From assembly GCF_055900595.2 (NCBI RefSeq), contig NZ_CM148325.1: 64,000 nucleotides of DNA. The stretch is one strand, 5' to 3'. A program made the position numbers and the translations under genes. This document shows, piece after piece, positions 43,018 through 54,007 of this stretch. The notes beneath the pieces are model-generated. The model saw only the letters and a program-made list of their open reading frames with translations. It did not search any database and was not told the DNA's origin. Position 1 is the stretch's first letter; each line of letters begins with the position of its first letter.

Positions 43018-43871
43018 CGCTCAAGCAGATCCAGACGCTGATTTATCGCGGCGAGATAAAGTCGTGTAATTATCGCTGTGGTTATTGCCCTTTTCATAAA
43101 CAAGACCGCAATGATAAACAGCAGGATGAAGTGGCATTATGGCGCATGGTTGAACATTTACCGGCGCAGGGTTCACCATTAAATGTATTTATTACGCCCT
43201 ACGGCGAAGCATTGCGTTATCGTTATTATATGGCGGCGATGGCGGAAATCAGCCGCTATTCCCATGTGCAGGCGGTGGGTATTCAGACCAACGCCTCTTT
43301 TAATTTATCCACCTTAGTCGCGACTTTTCAGCACTCTCAGGGCGATTTAGCAAAGCTGCGGCTGTGGTGTTCGTTTCATCCTTCCCAGGCAAGTAAAGAA
43401 GTTTTCCTTAAACAGTTACTGGCAATTAAGGACACGGGGATTACCTGTTCTGTGGGGGCCGTCGCCAGCGTAGCCGACTATGACGAATTACAGTGGTTAC
43501 GCGCGCATCTTCCTCCCGATATCTATTTCTGGCTAAACGCCAATGAGCGCGATAAAAGGCCCACCAGCGACGAAAGAAATAGCCAGTTTCAGTTGCTGGA
43601 CCCGCTTTATTATCTGGAAACCAGCCTCTGGCCTGCCAATGTCGAGTTTTGTCTGGGCGGCAAAAAGAGCGTGTTTATGAATGCTGATGGCGATCTCTTC
43701 GCCTGTAATATCAGCAAAATTAAGATTGGCAATTTATATCAACAGCAACTTTCATCTCCGTCTTGTATGTCCAGGCACTGTCACTGTTATCTGGCTTATC
43801 ACCTGCGTGAGGATATTCCGGCCCTCTCACAATTTGATGCTGAACGCTGCTTTCGGATCTTCTCGTTATGA
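43014..43871 (+). CDS. Small radical SAM enzyme (285 aa)
   Basis: CNYRCGYCPF (CxxxCxxC) at residues 18-25; additional C-terminal Cys cluster SPSCMSRHCHC; ATGA overlap with upstream gene. Confidence 0.6.
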   Translation: MTLKQIQTLIYRGEIKSCNYRCGYCPFHKQDRNDKQQDEVALWRMVEHLPAQGSPLNVFITPYGEALRYRYYMAAMAEISRYSHVQAVGIQTNASFNLSTLVATFQHSQGDLAKLRLWCSFHPSQASKEVFLKQLLAIKDTGITCSVGAVASVADYDELQWLRAHLPPDIYFWLNANERDKRPTSDERNSQFQLLDPLYYLETSLWPANVEFCLGGKKSVFMNADGDLFACNISKIKIGNLYQQQLSSPSCMSRHCHCYLAYHLREDIPALSQFDAERCFRIFSL

Positions 43872-44563
43872 TCTGGCGGTTAATCGCGCTCGATTTAGAC
43901 GGCACATTGCTGAACAGCAAGAAGATGATTTCCCCTGCGTCTGTTTCGGCACTGCAAAGCGCACAACAGGCAGGTGTGAAAATTATCCTCGCCACCGGAC
44001 GTTCGCACAGCGAAGCCCTGCCTTATTACCAACAATTGCAGTTAACCGAGCCGATGATTTGCTGTAACGGCAGCTATCTTTATCATCCGCGCCAGCGGCA
44101 AATATTGCGTCCGCTGGCGCTTGATATCCACAAGGTGGAAAGGCTACGACTCTGGTTTTCACAACAAATATTGCAGCCAAATATTTATACGTACGATGAT
44201 TTTGTTTTGCAGATTAGCCTGATACACCGCAAGGCTTCGTTATTGCGCCAGACAGAGGAATTTGCCCGACAAGAATTATCGCTGGCCTGTAGCTGGTCCT
44301 GGCATCATCAACTGGATATTACACAGGTGGGGTGTGAGAAAGGCAAAAGTCTGGCCTGGTATGCCCGACAGCAAAATATCGTGCTGGATGAAATCATCGC
44401 CTTTGGCGATAACGATAATGATGCGGGGATGCTGCGGATGGTAGGCAAAGGGATTGCGATGGGCAATGGCAGTTCGCTGGCAAAAGTCAGTGCTGACCGC
44501 GTTATTGGTCACAACAACACAGATGCTATTGCGGATTTTCTTGATGCGCAGGGTTTCAGATGA
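43868..44563 (+). CDS. HAD-superfamily (Cof-type) phosphatase (231 aa)
   Basis: Motif I LIALDLDGTLL; motif GDNDNDAGM near C-terminus; ATGA overlap with upstream gene. Confidence 0.7.
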   Translation: MIWRLIALDLDGTLLNSKKMISPASVSALQSAQQAGVKIILATGRSHSEALPYYQQLQLTEPMICCNGSYLYHPRQRQILRPLALDIHKVERLRLWFSQQILQPNIYTYDDFVLQISLIHRKASLLRQTEEFARQELSLACSWSWHHQLDITQVGCEKGKSLAWYARQQNIVLDEIIAFGDNDNDAGMLRMVGKGIAMGNGSSLAKVSADRVIGHNNTDAIADFLDAQGFR

Positions 44564-44600
44564 CGCCTGATGCGATGCTGACGCATCTTATCAGGCCTAC
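44562..44600. repeat. REP element
   Basis: gacgcctgatgcgatgctgacgcatcttatcaggcctac. Confidence 0.7.
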
Positions 44601-44605
44601 AAAAG

Positions 44606-44636
44606 CAAAAAACCTGCCATCGCTGGCAGGTTTTTT
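44606..44636. terminator. Bidirectional intrinsic terminator (six-gene operon and bipA)
   Basis: A-run, hairpin cctgccatcgctggcagg, T-run. Confidence 0.75.
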
Positions 44637-44653
44637 ATGACTAAAAAACGAAA

Positions 44654-46477
44654 TTAATCGTCTTTCGGTGCGCGGTTGGCGCGACGACGATCGTTTTCCG
44701 TCAGGTGACGTTTACGAATACGGATAGAGGTCGGAGTCACTTCTACCAGTTCGTCATCATCGATGAACTCCAGCGCTTGTTCCAGCGTCATGCGGATAGG
44801 CGGAACCAGAACAACGGCTTCGTCAGTACCGGAAGCACGCATGTTGGTCAGTTTCTTACCGGTCAGACAGTTTACAGTCAGGTCGTTAGAACGGCTGTGA
44901 ATACCGATAATCTGACCTTCGTAAACTTCTGCACCGTGACCGAGGAACAGCTTACCGCGATCCTGCAGACCGAACAGCGCGAACGCGACCGCTTTACCCT
45001 GACCGTTAGAGATCAGTACGCCGTTCTGACGCTGACCCACTTCACCCGGACGCACGTCGTCGTAGTGGCTGAAGGTGGAGTACAACAGACCCGTACCAGA
45101 GGTCATGGTCATGAACTCAGAACGGAAGCCAATCAGACCACGGCTTGGGATCACGTAGTCGAGACGTACGCGGCCTTTACCGTCTGGATTCATGTTTTTC
45201 AGGTCGCCTTTACGTTCGCCCAGCGCCTGCATCACAGAACCCTGATGCTGTTCTTCAACGTCCAGCGTCACGTTTTCATACGGCTCTTGTTTACGACCGT
45301 CGATTTCACGGAAGATAACTTTCGGACGGGATACCGCCAGTTCGAAACCTTCACGACGCATGTTTTCGATCAGAACAGACAGGTGCAGTTCGCCACGACC
45401 AGAAACGCGGAACGCATCGGCGTCTTCAGTTTCTTCTACGCGCAGCGCAACGTTGTGTACCAGTTCTTTGTTCAGACGATCCAGAATCTGACGAGACGTT
45501 ACGAACTTACCTTCTTTACCGCAGAACGGCGAGGTGTTAACGCAGAAGAACATAGAAACGGTCGGCTCATCAACGGAGAGTGCCGGCAGCGCTTCAACGT
45601 TTTGCGTGTCGCAAACGGTGTCAGAAATGTTCAGTTCGCCCAGGCCCGTGATCGCCACGATATCGCCAGCTTCCGCCAGATCGGTTTCGATACGTTCCAG
45701 ACCGAGGTGGCCCAGCACTTTACCGACTTTCGCGTTGCGGGTTTTGCCTTCGCTATCGATGATAGTAACTTGCTGGTTCGGCTTCACTTTACCGCGCTTG
45801 ATGCGGCCAATGCCGATAACGCCAACATAGCTGTTGTAATCGAGCTGAGAAATCTGCATCTGGAACGGACCGTCAAGGTCAACGTCCGGCGCAGGAACGT
45901 GGTCAACAATTGCCTGATACAGCGGGGTCATGTCTTCCGCCATATCTTCGTGGTCCAGACCGGCGATACCGTTCAGCGCAGAAGCGTAAACGATCGGGAA
46001 GTCCAGCTGCTCGTCGGTCGCGTCGAGGTTAACGAACAGGTCGAATACCTGATCCACAACCCAGTCAGGACGCGCGCCAGGGCGGTCAACTTTGTTGATA
46101 ACAACAATTGGCTTCAGGCCGTAAGCAAACGCTTTTTTGGTTACGAAGCGCGTTTGCGGCATCGGGCCGTCAAATGCGTCAACCACCAGCAGCACTGAGT
46201 CTACCATGGACATTACACGTTCAACTTCACCACCGAAGTCGGCGTGCCCCGGGGTATCAACGATGTTGATACGGTAATCATTCCATTTGATAGCGGTGTT
46301 TTTCGCGAGGATGGTAATCCCACGCTCTTTCTCCAAATCGTTGGAGTCCATCACGCGCTCTTGGGTTTCGGCACGAGAGTCGAACGTACCGGATTGTTGG
46401 AGCAGCTTGTCTACCAGGGTGGTTTTACCATGGTCTACGTGCGCGATGATGGCGATATTACGCAATTTTTCGATCAC
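44654..46477 (-). CDS. bipA: Ribosome-associated translational GTPase BipA/TypA (607 aa)
   Basis: G-domain motifs [18 protein letters not shown]. Confidence 0.95.
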   Translation of the reverse strand: MIEKLRNIAIIAHVDHGKTTLVDKLLQQSGTFDSRAETQERVMDSNDLEKERGITILAKNTAIKWNDYRINIVDTPGHADFGGEVERVMSMVDSVLLVVDAFDGPMPQTRFVTKKAFAYGLKPIVVINKVDRPGARPDWVVDQVFDLFVNLDATDEQLDFPIVYASALNGIAGLDHEDMAEDMTPLYQAIVDHVPAPDVDLDGPFQMQISQLDYNSYVGVIGIGRIKRGKVKPNQQVTIIDSEGKTRNAKVGKVLGHLGLERIETDLAEAGDIVAITGLGELNISDTVCDTQNVEALPALSVDEPTVSMFFCVNTSPFCGKEGKFVTSRQILDRLNKELVHNVALRVEETEDADAFRVSGRGELHLSVLIENMRREGFELAVSRPKVIFREIDGRKQEPYENVTLDVEEQHQGSVMQALGERKGDLKNMNPDGKGRVRLDYVIPSRGLIGFRSEFMTMTSGTGLLYSTFSHYDDVRPGEVGQRQNGVLISNGQGKAVAFALFGLQDRGKLFLGHGAEVYEGQIIGIHSRSNDLTVNCLTGKKLTNMRASGTDEAVVLVPPIRMTLEQALEFIDDDELVEVTPTSIRIRKRHLTENDRRRANRAPKDD

Positions 46478-46628
46478 AACTTTGCCTCAGGCATTAGAAA
46501 TAGCGCGTTATTGTACACGGATTAATCGCACTACAAAACAGGATCACAAACATCCTCCGCAAACAAGTATTGCAGAGTCCCTTTGTGATCGCTTTCACGG
46601 AGCATAAAAAGGGTTATCCAAAGGTCAT

Positions 46629-46720
46629 TGCACCAATATGGTGCTTAATGTTTCCATTGAAGCACTATATTGGTGCAATATTCACATCGTGGTGCAGCCC
46701 TTTTGCACGATGGTGCGCAT
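46629..46720 (+). promoter_or_regulatory. NtrC (GlnG) enhancer sites upstream of glnA
   Basis: Repeated TGCACCA-N-TGGTGCA dyads (tgcaccaatatggtgc, gcactatattggtgcaa, tggtgcagcccttttgcacgatggtgcgca). Confidence 0.75.
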
Positions 46721-46750
46721 GATAACGCCTTTTAGGGGCAATTTAAAAGT

Positions 46751-46766
46751 TGGCACAGTTTTCGCT
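46751..46766 (+). promoter_or_regulatory. sigma-54 promoter glnAp2
   Basis: tggcacagttttcgct matches the -24 GG / -12 GC consensus. Confidence 0.75.
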
Positions 46767-46849
46767 TTATCTTTTTTACGGCGACACGGCCAAAATAATT
46801 GCAGATTTCGTTACCACGACGACCATGACCAATCCAGGAGAGTTAAAGT

Positions 46850-48259
46850 ATGTCCGCTGAACACGTACTGACGATGCTGAACGAGCACGAAGTGAAGTTT
46901 GTTGATTTGCGCTTCACCGATACCAAAGGTAAAGAACAGCACGTCACTATCCCTGCTCATCAGGTGAATGCTGAATTCTTCGAAGAAGGCAAAATGTTTG
47001 ACGGCTCCTCGATTGGCGGCTGGAAAGGCATTAACGAATCCGACATGGTGCTGATGCCAGACGCATCCACCGCAGTGATTGACCCGTTCTTCGCGGACTC
47101 TACCCTGATTATCCGTTGCGATATCCTTGAACCAGGCACCCTGCAAGGCTATGACCGTGACCCGCGTTCCATCGCGAAGCGCGCTGAAGATTACCTGCGT
47201 TCTACTGGCATTGCCGACACCGTACTGTTCGGGCCAGAACCTGAATTCTTCCTGTTCGATGACATCCGTTTCGGCGCGTCTATCTCCGGTTCTCATGTTG
47301 CCATCGACGATATCGAAGGTGCATGGAACTCCTCCACCAAATATGAAGGTGGTAACAAAGGTCACCGTCCGGCAGTGAAAGGCGGTTACTTCCCGGTTCC
47401 GCCGGTAGACTCTGCTCAGGATATCCGTTCTGAAATGTGTCTGGTGATGGAACAGATGGGACTGGTAGTTGAAGCCCATCACCACGAAGTAGCGACTGCT
47501 GGTCAGAACGAAGTGGCTACCCGCTTCAATACCATGACCAAAAAAGCTGACGAAATTCAGATCTACAAATATGTTGTGCACAACGTAGCACACCGCTTCG
47601 GTAAAACCGCGACCTTTATGCCAAAACCGATGTTCGGTGATAACGGCTCCGGTATGCACTGCCACATGTCACTGTCTAAAAACGGCGTCAACCTGTTCGC
47701 TGGCGACAAATATGCAGGTCTGTCTGAGCAGGCGTTGTACTACATTGGCGGCGTAATCAAACACGCTAAAGCAATTAACGCCCTGGCAAACCCGACCACC
47801 AACTCTTACAAGCGTCTGGTCCCGGGCTACGAAGCACCGGTAATGCTGGCTTACTCTGCGCGCAACCGTTCTGCGTCTATCCGTATTCCAGTGGTTTCTT
47901 CTCCGAAAGCACGTCGTATCGAAGTCCGTTTCCCGGACCCAGCGGCTAACCCGTACCTGTGCTTTGCTGCCCTGCTGATGGCCGGTCTTGATGGTATCAA
48001 GAACAAGATCCACCCAGGCGAAGCCATGGACAAAAACCTGTATGACCTGCCGCCAGAAGAAGCGAAAGAGATCCCACAGGTTGCAGGCTCTCTGGAAGAA
48101 GCACTGAACGAACTGGATCTGGACCGCGAGTTCCTGAAAGCCGGTGGCGTGTTCACTGACGAAGCCATTGATGCGTACATCGCTCTGCGTCGCGAAGAAA
48201 ATGACCGCGTGCGTATGACTCCGCATCCGGTAGAGTTTGAGCTGTACTACAGCGTCTAA
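46850..48259 (+). CDS. glnA: Glutamine synthetase (469 aa)
   Basis: Translation matches GlnA. Confidence 0.95.
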   Translation: MSAEHVLTMLNEHEVKFVDLRFTDTKGKEQHVTIPAHQVNAEFFEEGKMFDGSSIGGWKGINESDMVLMPDASTAVIDPFFADSTLIIRCDILEPGTLQGYDRDPRSIAKRAEDYLRSTGIADTVLFGPEPEFFLFDDIRFGASISGSHVAIDDIEGAWNSSTKYEGGNKGHRPAVKGGYFPVPPVDSAQDIRSEMCLVMEQMGLVVEAHHHEVATAGQNEVATRFNTMTKKADEIQIYKYVVHNVAHRFGKTATFMPKPMFGDNGSGMHCHMSLSKNGVNLFAGDKYAGLSEQALYYIGGVIKHAKAINALANPTTNSYKRLVPGYEAPVMLAYSARNRSASIRIPVVSSPKARRIEVRFPDPAANPYLCFAALLMAGLDGIKNKIHPGEAMDKNLYDLPPEEAKEIPQVAGSLEEALNELDLDREFLKAGGVFTDEAIDAYIALRREENDRVRMTPHPVEFELYYSV

Positions 48260-48320
48260 TAGTTGAAGTTGTACTACCCGGTGCTAAGAAGGCCGGGATT
48301 TAGTTGCCGTGGAAACTTTC

Positions 48321-48347
48321 AGCCCATCTCTGCATGGGCTTTTTTCT
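48321..48347 (+). terminator. glnA intrinsic terminator (3' end of glnA 3'UTR)
   Basis: agcccatctctgcatgggct followed by tttttt. Confidence 0.75.
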
Positions 48348-48390
48348 CCGTAACTTCTTTGATGCTTCGCGCTTTTTATCCGTAAAAAGC

Positions 48391-48412
48391 TATAATGCAC
48401 TAAAATGGTGCA
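48391..48412 (+). promoter_or_regulatory. glnL promoter -10 (tataat) overlapped by an NtrC site
   Basis: tataat at 48391-48396; tgcactaaaatggtgca dyad immediately after. Confidence 0.6.
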
Positions 48413-48433
48413 ACCTGTTCAGGAGACTGCTTT

Positions 48434-49483
48434 ATGGCAACAGGCACGCAGCCCGATGCTGGGCAGATCCTCAACTCGCTGATTAACAGTATTTTGTTAA
48501 TTGATGACAACCTGGCGATCCATTACGCCAACCCCGCCGCACAACAACTGCTCGCTCAAAGCTCCCGCAAATTGTTTGGTACACCGTTACCGGAACTGTT
48601 GAGCTACTTCTCATTAAATATCGAGCTGATGCAAGAAAGTCTTGAGGCGGGGCAAGGTTTTACCGATAACGAAGTGACGCTGGTCATCGACGGGCGCTCG
48701 CATATCCTTTCTGTGACGGCCCAGCGTATGCCGGACGGCATGATCCTGCTGGAGATGGCACCGATGGATAACCAGCGCCGCTTAAGTCAGGAACAGCTAC
48801 AGCACGCCCAGCAGGTTGCTGCCCGTGATTTAGTGCGCGGCCTGGCGCATGAGATTAAAAATCCGCTTGGCGGTTTACGTGGCGCGGCCCAGTTGCTCAG
48901 CAAAGCATTACCTGACCCGTCACTGCTCGAATATACCAAAGTGATTATCGAACAGGCGGACCGGCTGCGAAATCTGGTCGACCGTCTGTTGGGGCCGCAG
49001 CTGCCTGGTACGCGCGTTACCGAAAGTATTCACAAAGTGGCTGAACGCGTGGTGACGTTGGTGTCGATGGAACTGCCGGACAACGTGCGGTTGATTCGTG
49101 ATTACGACCCCAGCCTGCCGGAACTGGCGCACGACCCGGATCAAATTGAACAGGTATTGCTGAATATTGTGCGCAATGCACTTCAGGCGCTGGGGCCGGA
49201 AGGTGGTGAAATCATTCTGCGTACCCGCACCGCGTTTCAACTGACTTTACACGGCGAGCGCTATCGGCTGGCGGCGCGGATTGATGTGGAAGATAACGGG
49301 CCAGGCATTCCGCCTCATTTGCAGGATACGCTGTTTTACCCGATGGTCAGCGGCCGCGAAGGTGGCACCGGGCTTGGCTTATCCATCGCCCGTAATTTGA
49401 TTGATCAGCATTCAGGCAAAATTGAATTTACCAGTTGGCCAGGTCATACCGAGTTCTCGGTTTACCTGCCTATCAGGAAATAA
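48434..49483 (+). CDS. glnL: Nitrogen-regulation sensor kinase NtrB (349 aa)
   Basis: H-box [10 protein letters not shown]1/G2 boxes. Confidence 0.9.
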
Positions 49484-49494
49484 AGGTGACGTTT

Positions 49495-50904
49495 ATGCAA
49501 CGAGGGATAGTCTGGGTAGTCGATGACGATAGTTCCATCCGTTGGGTGCTTGAACGTGCGCTCGCTGGAGCAGGTTTAACCTGTACGACGTTTGAGAACG
49601 GCGCGGAAGTGCTGGAGGCGCTGGCGAGCAAAACACCGGATGTACTGCTGTCGGATATCCGTATGCCGGGAATGGACGGGCTTGCGCTGCTCAAGCAGAT
49701 TAAACAGCGCCATCCGATGCTTCCGGTCATCATTATGACCGCACATTCCGATCTGGATGCTGCCGTCAGCGCCTATCAACAAGGGGCGTTTGATTATCTG
49801 CCTAAACCATTTGATATCGACGAAGCCGTGGCGCTGGTTGAGCGCGCCATCAGCCATTATCAGGAACAGCAGCAACCGCGTAATGTTCAGCTTAACGGCC
49901 CGACGACCGATATCATCGGCGAAGCGCCAGCCATGCAGGACGTGTTCCGGATTATCGGTCGGCTTTCACGTTCTTCTATTAGTGTGCTGATTAACGGCGA
50001 GTCCGGTACCGGTAAAGAATTGGTCGCTCATGCCCTGCATCGCCACAGTCCGCGAGCCAAAGCGCCGTTTATCGCGCTGAATATGGCGGCTATCCCGAAG
50101 GATTTGATCGAATCAGAACTGTTCGGTCACGAGAAAGGCGCGTTTACCGGCGCGAATACCATTCGTCAGGGGCGTTTTGAACAGGCCGATGGCGGCACGT
50201 TATTCCTCGATGAAATTGGCGATATGCCGCTCGATGTACAGACGCGTTTGCTGCGCGTGCTGGCAGACGGTCAGTTTTATCGCGTTGGCGGTTATGCGCC
50301 GGTGAAAGTGGATGTGCGGATTATCGCTGCGACCCACCAGAATCTCGAACAGCGGGTACAGGAAGGCAAGTTCCGTGAGGATTTGTTCCACCGCCTGAAC
50401 GTTATCCGCGTTCATCTGCCGCCATTGCGCGAGCGTCGGGAAGATATTCCCCGTCTGGCACGCCATTTTTTACAGGTTGCCGCGCGCGAACTGGGCGTAG
50501 AAGCGAAGTTGCTGCATCCGGAAACCGAAGCCGCGCTGACGCGTCTGGCATGGCCGGGTAACGTGCGCCAGCTGGAAAACACCTGCCGCTGGCTAACGGT
50601 GATGGCCGCCGGGCAGGAAGTGTTGATTCAGGATTTGCCAGGCGAACTGTTTGAATCAACCGTAGCGGAAAGCCCTTCGCAATTACAGCCGGACAGTTGG
50701 GCAACGCTGTTAGCGCAGTGGGCAGACAGAGCGCTACGTTCCGGTCATCAAAACCTGCTTTCCGAAGCGCAGCCTGAGCTTGAGCGGACATTACTGACAA
50801 CCGCGTTGCGACATACGCAGGGGCATAAACAGGAAGCGGCGCGGCTACTCGGCTGGGGGCGTAACACACTGACGCGGAAGTTAAAAGAGCTGGGGATGGA
50901 GTGA
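49495..50904 (+). CDS. glnG: Nitrogen-regulation response regulator NtrC (469 aa)
   Basis: Receiver domain, sigma-54 activator AAA+ ([14 protein letters not shown]), C-terminal HTH; ATG 49495 chosen. Confidence 0.9.
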   Translation: MQRGIVWVVDDDSSIRWVLERALAGAGLTCTTFENGAEVLEALASKTPDVLLSDIRMPGMDGLALLKQIKQRHPMLPVIIMTAHSDLDAAVSAYQQGAFDYLPKPFDIDEAVALVERAISHYQEQQQPRNVQLNGPTTDIIGEAPAMQDVFRIIGRLSRSSISVLINGESGTGKELVAHALHRHSPRAKAPFIALNMAAIPKDLIESELFGHEKGAFTGANTIRQGRFEQADGGTLFLDEIGDMPLDVQTRLLRVLADGQFYRVGGYAPVKVDVRIIAATHQNLEQRVQEGKFREDLFHRLNVIRVHLPPLRERREDIPRLARHFLQVAARELGVEAKLLHPETEAALTRLAWPGNVRQLENTCRWLTVMAAGQEVLIQDLPGELFESTVAESPSQLQPDSWATLLAQWADRALRSGHQNLLSEAQPELERTLLTTALRHTQGHKQEAARLLGWGRNTLTRKLKELGME

Positions 50905-51015
50905 TTCACGGCTTGTGTGTAAAGATTGATTATTGAGCGCAAATTGCTGGTATTTTGCGCTTTACTGTTCCGATAAGTTCAGTATGATCTTGCCCGGAAA
51001 ACGGGGAGAGTCATT

Positions 51016-51126
51016 ATGCTGGAATCAATAATTAATCTCGTATCGAGTGGCGCAGTTGACAGCCACACACCACAAACTGCTGTTGCTGCTGTTCTGTGTG
51101 CCGCGATGATTGGGCTGTTTAGCTGA
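51016..51126 (+). CDS. yshB: Small membrane protein YshB (36 aa)
   Basis: SD ggggagag before ATG; hydrophobic C-terminus; matches the K-12 small protein at this position as recalled. Confidence 0.55.
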   Translation: MLESIINLVSSGAVDSHTPQTAVAAVLCAAMIGLFS

Positions 51127-51140
51127 AGCTCGTTGTTTAT

Positions 51141-51245
51141 GCCGGATGCGGAGAAAGTCGTAGGCCTGATAAGACGCGACCAGCGTCGCATCAGGCATCA
51201 TGCTCAGATGCCGGATGCAGCGTAAACGCCTTATCCGGCCTACAA
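51141..51245. repeat. REP/BIME cluster
   Basis: gccggatgcgg..., taggcctgataagacgcgaccagcgtcgcatcaggca, gatgccggatgcagcgtaaacgccttatccggcctac. Confidence 0.7.
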
Positions 51246-51354
51246 AAGCAATAATTTCAACAGGTTTTCTTAACCAGCGCATCAAGCAATCTTGTTCTCA
51301 GCACATTGATGGCGCTTTCGTTTTCTACTTTGTAAACGAAGCGCCATTCACCAT

Positions 51355-52728
51355 TTAAATCACCCGTGAGAACTGCTGCATCCGCGCTTTCTGGCGCAGA
51401 TAGGTATCAAAGCACATGCAAATGTTGCGGATCAGCAGGCGACCTTTCGCCGTTACCTGAATCCCCTTCTCATCCACATCCACCAGCCCATCTTTTGCTA
51501 ACGGGGCGAGCAGCTTGAGATCTTCTGCAAAGTAGTCAGCGAAGAGCAAATCCCACTGTTGCTCAATAGGGGCGTAATCCAGACGGAAGTTGCAGATGAG
51601 CGACTTAATCACATCGCGGCGAATACAGTCATCACGCGTTAGCGCAATACCACGCCACAGCGCATTGCCTTGTTCATCCACTTGCTGATAGTACTGCTTC
51701 AACTCTTTCTGGTTCTGCGCGTAGCAGTCGCCAATCATGCTGATGGCGGAAACGCCCATCCCCAGCAGATCGGTATCGCCCTGAGTGGTGTAGCCCTGGA
51801 AGTTACGATGCAGCACGCCTTCACGCTGGGCCACCGCCAGCTCGTCATCCGGACGGGCAAAGTGATCCATACCGATAAACTGATAGCCCGATTGTGTCAG
51901 GAAGGCGATGGTTTCCTGCAGGATATCGAGTTTTTGCTGCGGACTCGGCAGGTCAGCATCTTTGATTTTACGCTGAGCAGCAAAAATGGTCGGCAAATGC
52001 GCGTAGTTAAAGACACTCAGGCGATCGGGGTTAAGTTCCGCCACGCGTTTCAGGGTAAAGGCGAAACTCTCCGGCGTTTGTTTCGGCAGGCCGTAAATCA
52101 GGTCGATGTTGGTGGAGGTAAAGCCAATCTCACGCGCATGGTTAAGCAGTGCAAAGATGAACTCTTCATCCTGCTCGCGGTTAACCAGACGTTGCACTTC
52201 TTTGTTGAAGTCCTGCACGCCCATGCTCAGGCGATTAAAGCCTTCGGCGCGTAAATGATCGAGTACATCCAGTTCGATTTCCCGCGGATCGACTTCGATC
52301 GAGATCTCCGCATCGGCATTGAACTGGAAGTTTTCGCGCAGCAGCTTCATCAGACGGCTGATTTGCGCTTTATTCAGATACGTCGGCGTTCCTCCGCCCC
52401 AGTGCAATTGGCTGACGTGACGCCCGGCGAACAGCGGTGCACGATGGACGATTTCTTGCTCCAGCGCGTCCAGATACTGATCGGCCTTGTGCTGCTGGCG
52501 AGTAACAATCTTATTGCAACCGCAGAAGTAACAAAGCTTATGGCAGAACGGGATATGTACGTAGAGAGATAATGGACGCTCAGGATAGCGCGCCACGGCT
52601 TGTAAAAACGCCTGTTCGCCGAAGTCTTCTGAAAACTCCAGCGCGGTTGGGTACGAGGTGTATCGTGGCCCGGAATAGTTATATTTCTGGATCAGGGCCA
52701 GATCCCAGTCGATTTGCTGTACAGACAT
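51355..52728 (-). CDS. hemN: Oxygen-independent coproporphyrinogen III oxidase (457 aa)
   Basis: Radical SAM CHKLCYFCGC motif; matches HemN. Confidence 0.9.
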   Translation of the reverse strand: MSVQQIDWDLALIQKYNYSGPRYTSYPTALEFSEDFGEQAFLQAVARYPERPLSLYVHIPFCHKLCYFCGCNKIVTRQQHKADQYLDALEQEIVHRAPLFAGRHVSQLHWGGGTPTYLNKAQISRLMKLLRENFQFNADAEISIEVDPREIELDVLDHLRAEGFNRLSMGVQDFNKEVQRLVNREQDEEFIFALLNHAREIGFTSTNIDLIYGLPKQTPESFAFTLKRVAELNPDRLSVFNYAHLPTIFAAQRKIKDADLPSPQQKLDILQETIAFLTQSGYQFIGMDHFARPDDELAVAQREGVLHRNFQGYTTQGDTDLLGMGVSAISMIGDCYAQNQKELKQYYQQVDEQGNALWRGIALTRDDCIRRDVIKSLICNFRLDYAPIEQQWDLLFADYFAEDLKLLAPLAKDGLVDVDEKGIQVTAKGRLLIRNICMCFDTYLRQKARMQQFSRVI

Positions 52729-52916
52729 GCTCACTCCTTCCGATGGCGTCTCTGGCGGCTACGGCGTACCGGCGGATGCCCGTTTCGGGTCATCAACCGG
52801 TTGCGCAGCCACTTTTGTCGCCGCGACAACCGCTGTAGTTTAACGAATAACCACACCAGATAACATATAACCGGAAGGGTTATCAGCAGAACGGGAAGGC
52901 CCACGGCGGCAATCCG

Positions 52917-53426
52917 TTAGTTGCCCCGCAGCAGACGCATCATGTCTTCTTGCTTCTCGTCTTCTTCCTCTTCTTCGTCATCGTCATAAGAGAGGCCGAG
53001 TTTCTGCATCAACTCATCAATACGATCCAGTTTGGCATCCACCCAGGATTGCTCTTCGGCGCTCAGGGTTTCGCCTGCCTCCAGACGTTCCAGCAGCGCA
53101 TCCAGACGCTCATCCGTTTCCAGTAACTCCAACTCCGCCTGCGGTGAAAGCATAGGTTTCTCACTCTTCGGTTTGTGCTGTTTGGTGACTTTTTCAGTCA
53201 CGCCCAATGGAATAGGGGTTTTACTGCCAATACGTGGATCTTTCGGTGCGTTCTGGCCTTTGCTGCCTGACGTGGTGTTACCGCCCGCTGCGCGGCTGCC
53301 CGGCGCATGACCACGACGTTTTTTCTGACGCTTACGGTCACGAGCTTCCTGATCCAGCTCCTCGCGTGTTTTTCGACGCGCTTTTGCATGACCTTTGCTG
53401 CGTGAGTTTGAAGATGATGGTTTCAT
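52917..53426 (-). CDS. yihI: Der GTPase-activating protein YihI (169 aa)
   Basis: Basic N-terminus, acidic C-terminus; ATG 53426 chosen. Confidence 0.8.
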   Translation of the reverse strand: MKPSSSNSRSKGHAKARRKTREELDQEARDRKRQKKRRGHAPGSRAAGGNTTSGSKGQNAPKDPRIGSKTPIPLGVTEKVTKQHKPKSEKPMLSPQAELELLETDERLDALLERLEAGETLSAEEQSWVDAKLDRIDELMQKLGLSYDDDEEEEEDEKQEDMMRLLRGN

Positions 53427-53493
53427 AATGGTTCGTCTTTTAGCCGTTTTATTCAGTATAGATTTGCGGCGGAATCTAACAGAAAGCAAGCAA

Positions 53494-53740
53494 AGAAAAA
53501 AGGCGACAGATTACTCTGTCGCCTTTTTTCCTGACTCATAACCCTTAACGGGTCTTACAATCCTTGCAGGCCGCCAACACACCCTGTTTTTCCATTAGCC
53601 GGAACAATCCGTGTTGATTCCATTTCCGTTTAATTACGTCTCCGGACGTTTGTCTTCCTGACAATCCTCTGTCTTCGCCTCCTGGCGCTCCTGACCCTCA
53701 TCCTGAGTCATTGTTCCTGTTAGCGTCCTCGCTCTATGGG
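53494..53740 (-). ncRNA. csrC: CsrC small RNA (CsrA-sequestering)
   Basis: About 14 GGA triplets on the minus strand; ends in hairpin ggcgacagagtaatctgtcgcc plus U-run; position between yihI and engB. Confidence 0.8.
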
Positions 53741-54007
53741 TGCTACTTTACGCCTTTGCTTTAAACAAACAATCAACCGCCATCAGTATTTGCACATTTT
53801 CAGAGTTTTATATAAAAGCAATTAACTGATTTATATAGCTTATTTGACATGCATCGCAGAATTTTCTCTGCTATTTCGCATAAAGACTATCGGCAATGTC
53901 TCACAAAGCGTATGGCTTTTACTTACAACGCTCACGCCGAAAAATCCGCCTTTTATTATGGTTCAGGTATAATCACCGCAAAGCTTTGACTGACGGAGAC
54001 GACCGCT

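Noticed and set aside
44705-46198. 497-aa ORF on the plus strand
   Set aside because: Entirely antisense to bipA, whose translation is an unambiguous GTPase. No SD; composition consistent with a shadow ORF in a GC-rich third-position gene.
46811-48226. 284-aa and 185-aa ORFs on the minus strand
   Set aside because: Both antisense to glnA. Shadow ORFs.
51670-52572. 194-aa and 105-aa ORFs on the plus strand
   Set aside because: Antisense to hemN. Shadow ORFs.
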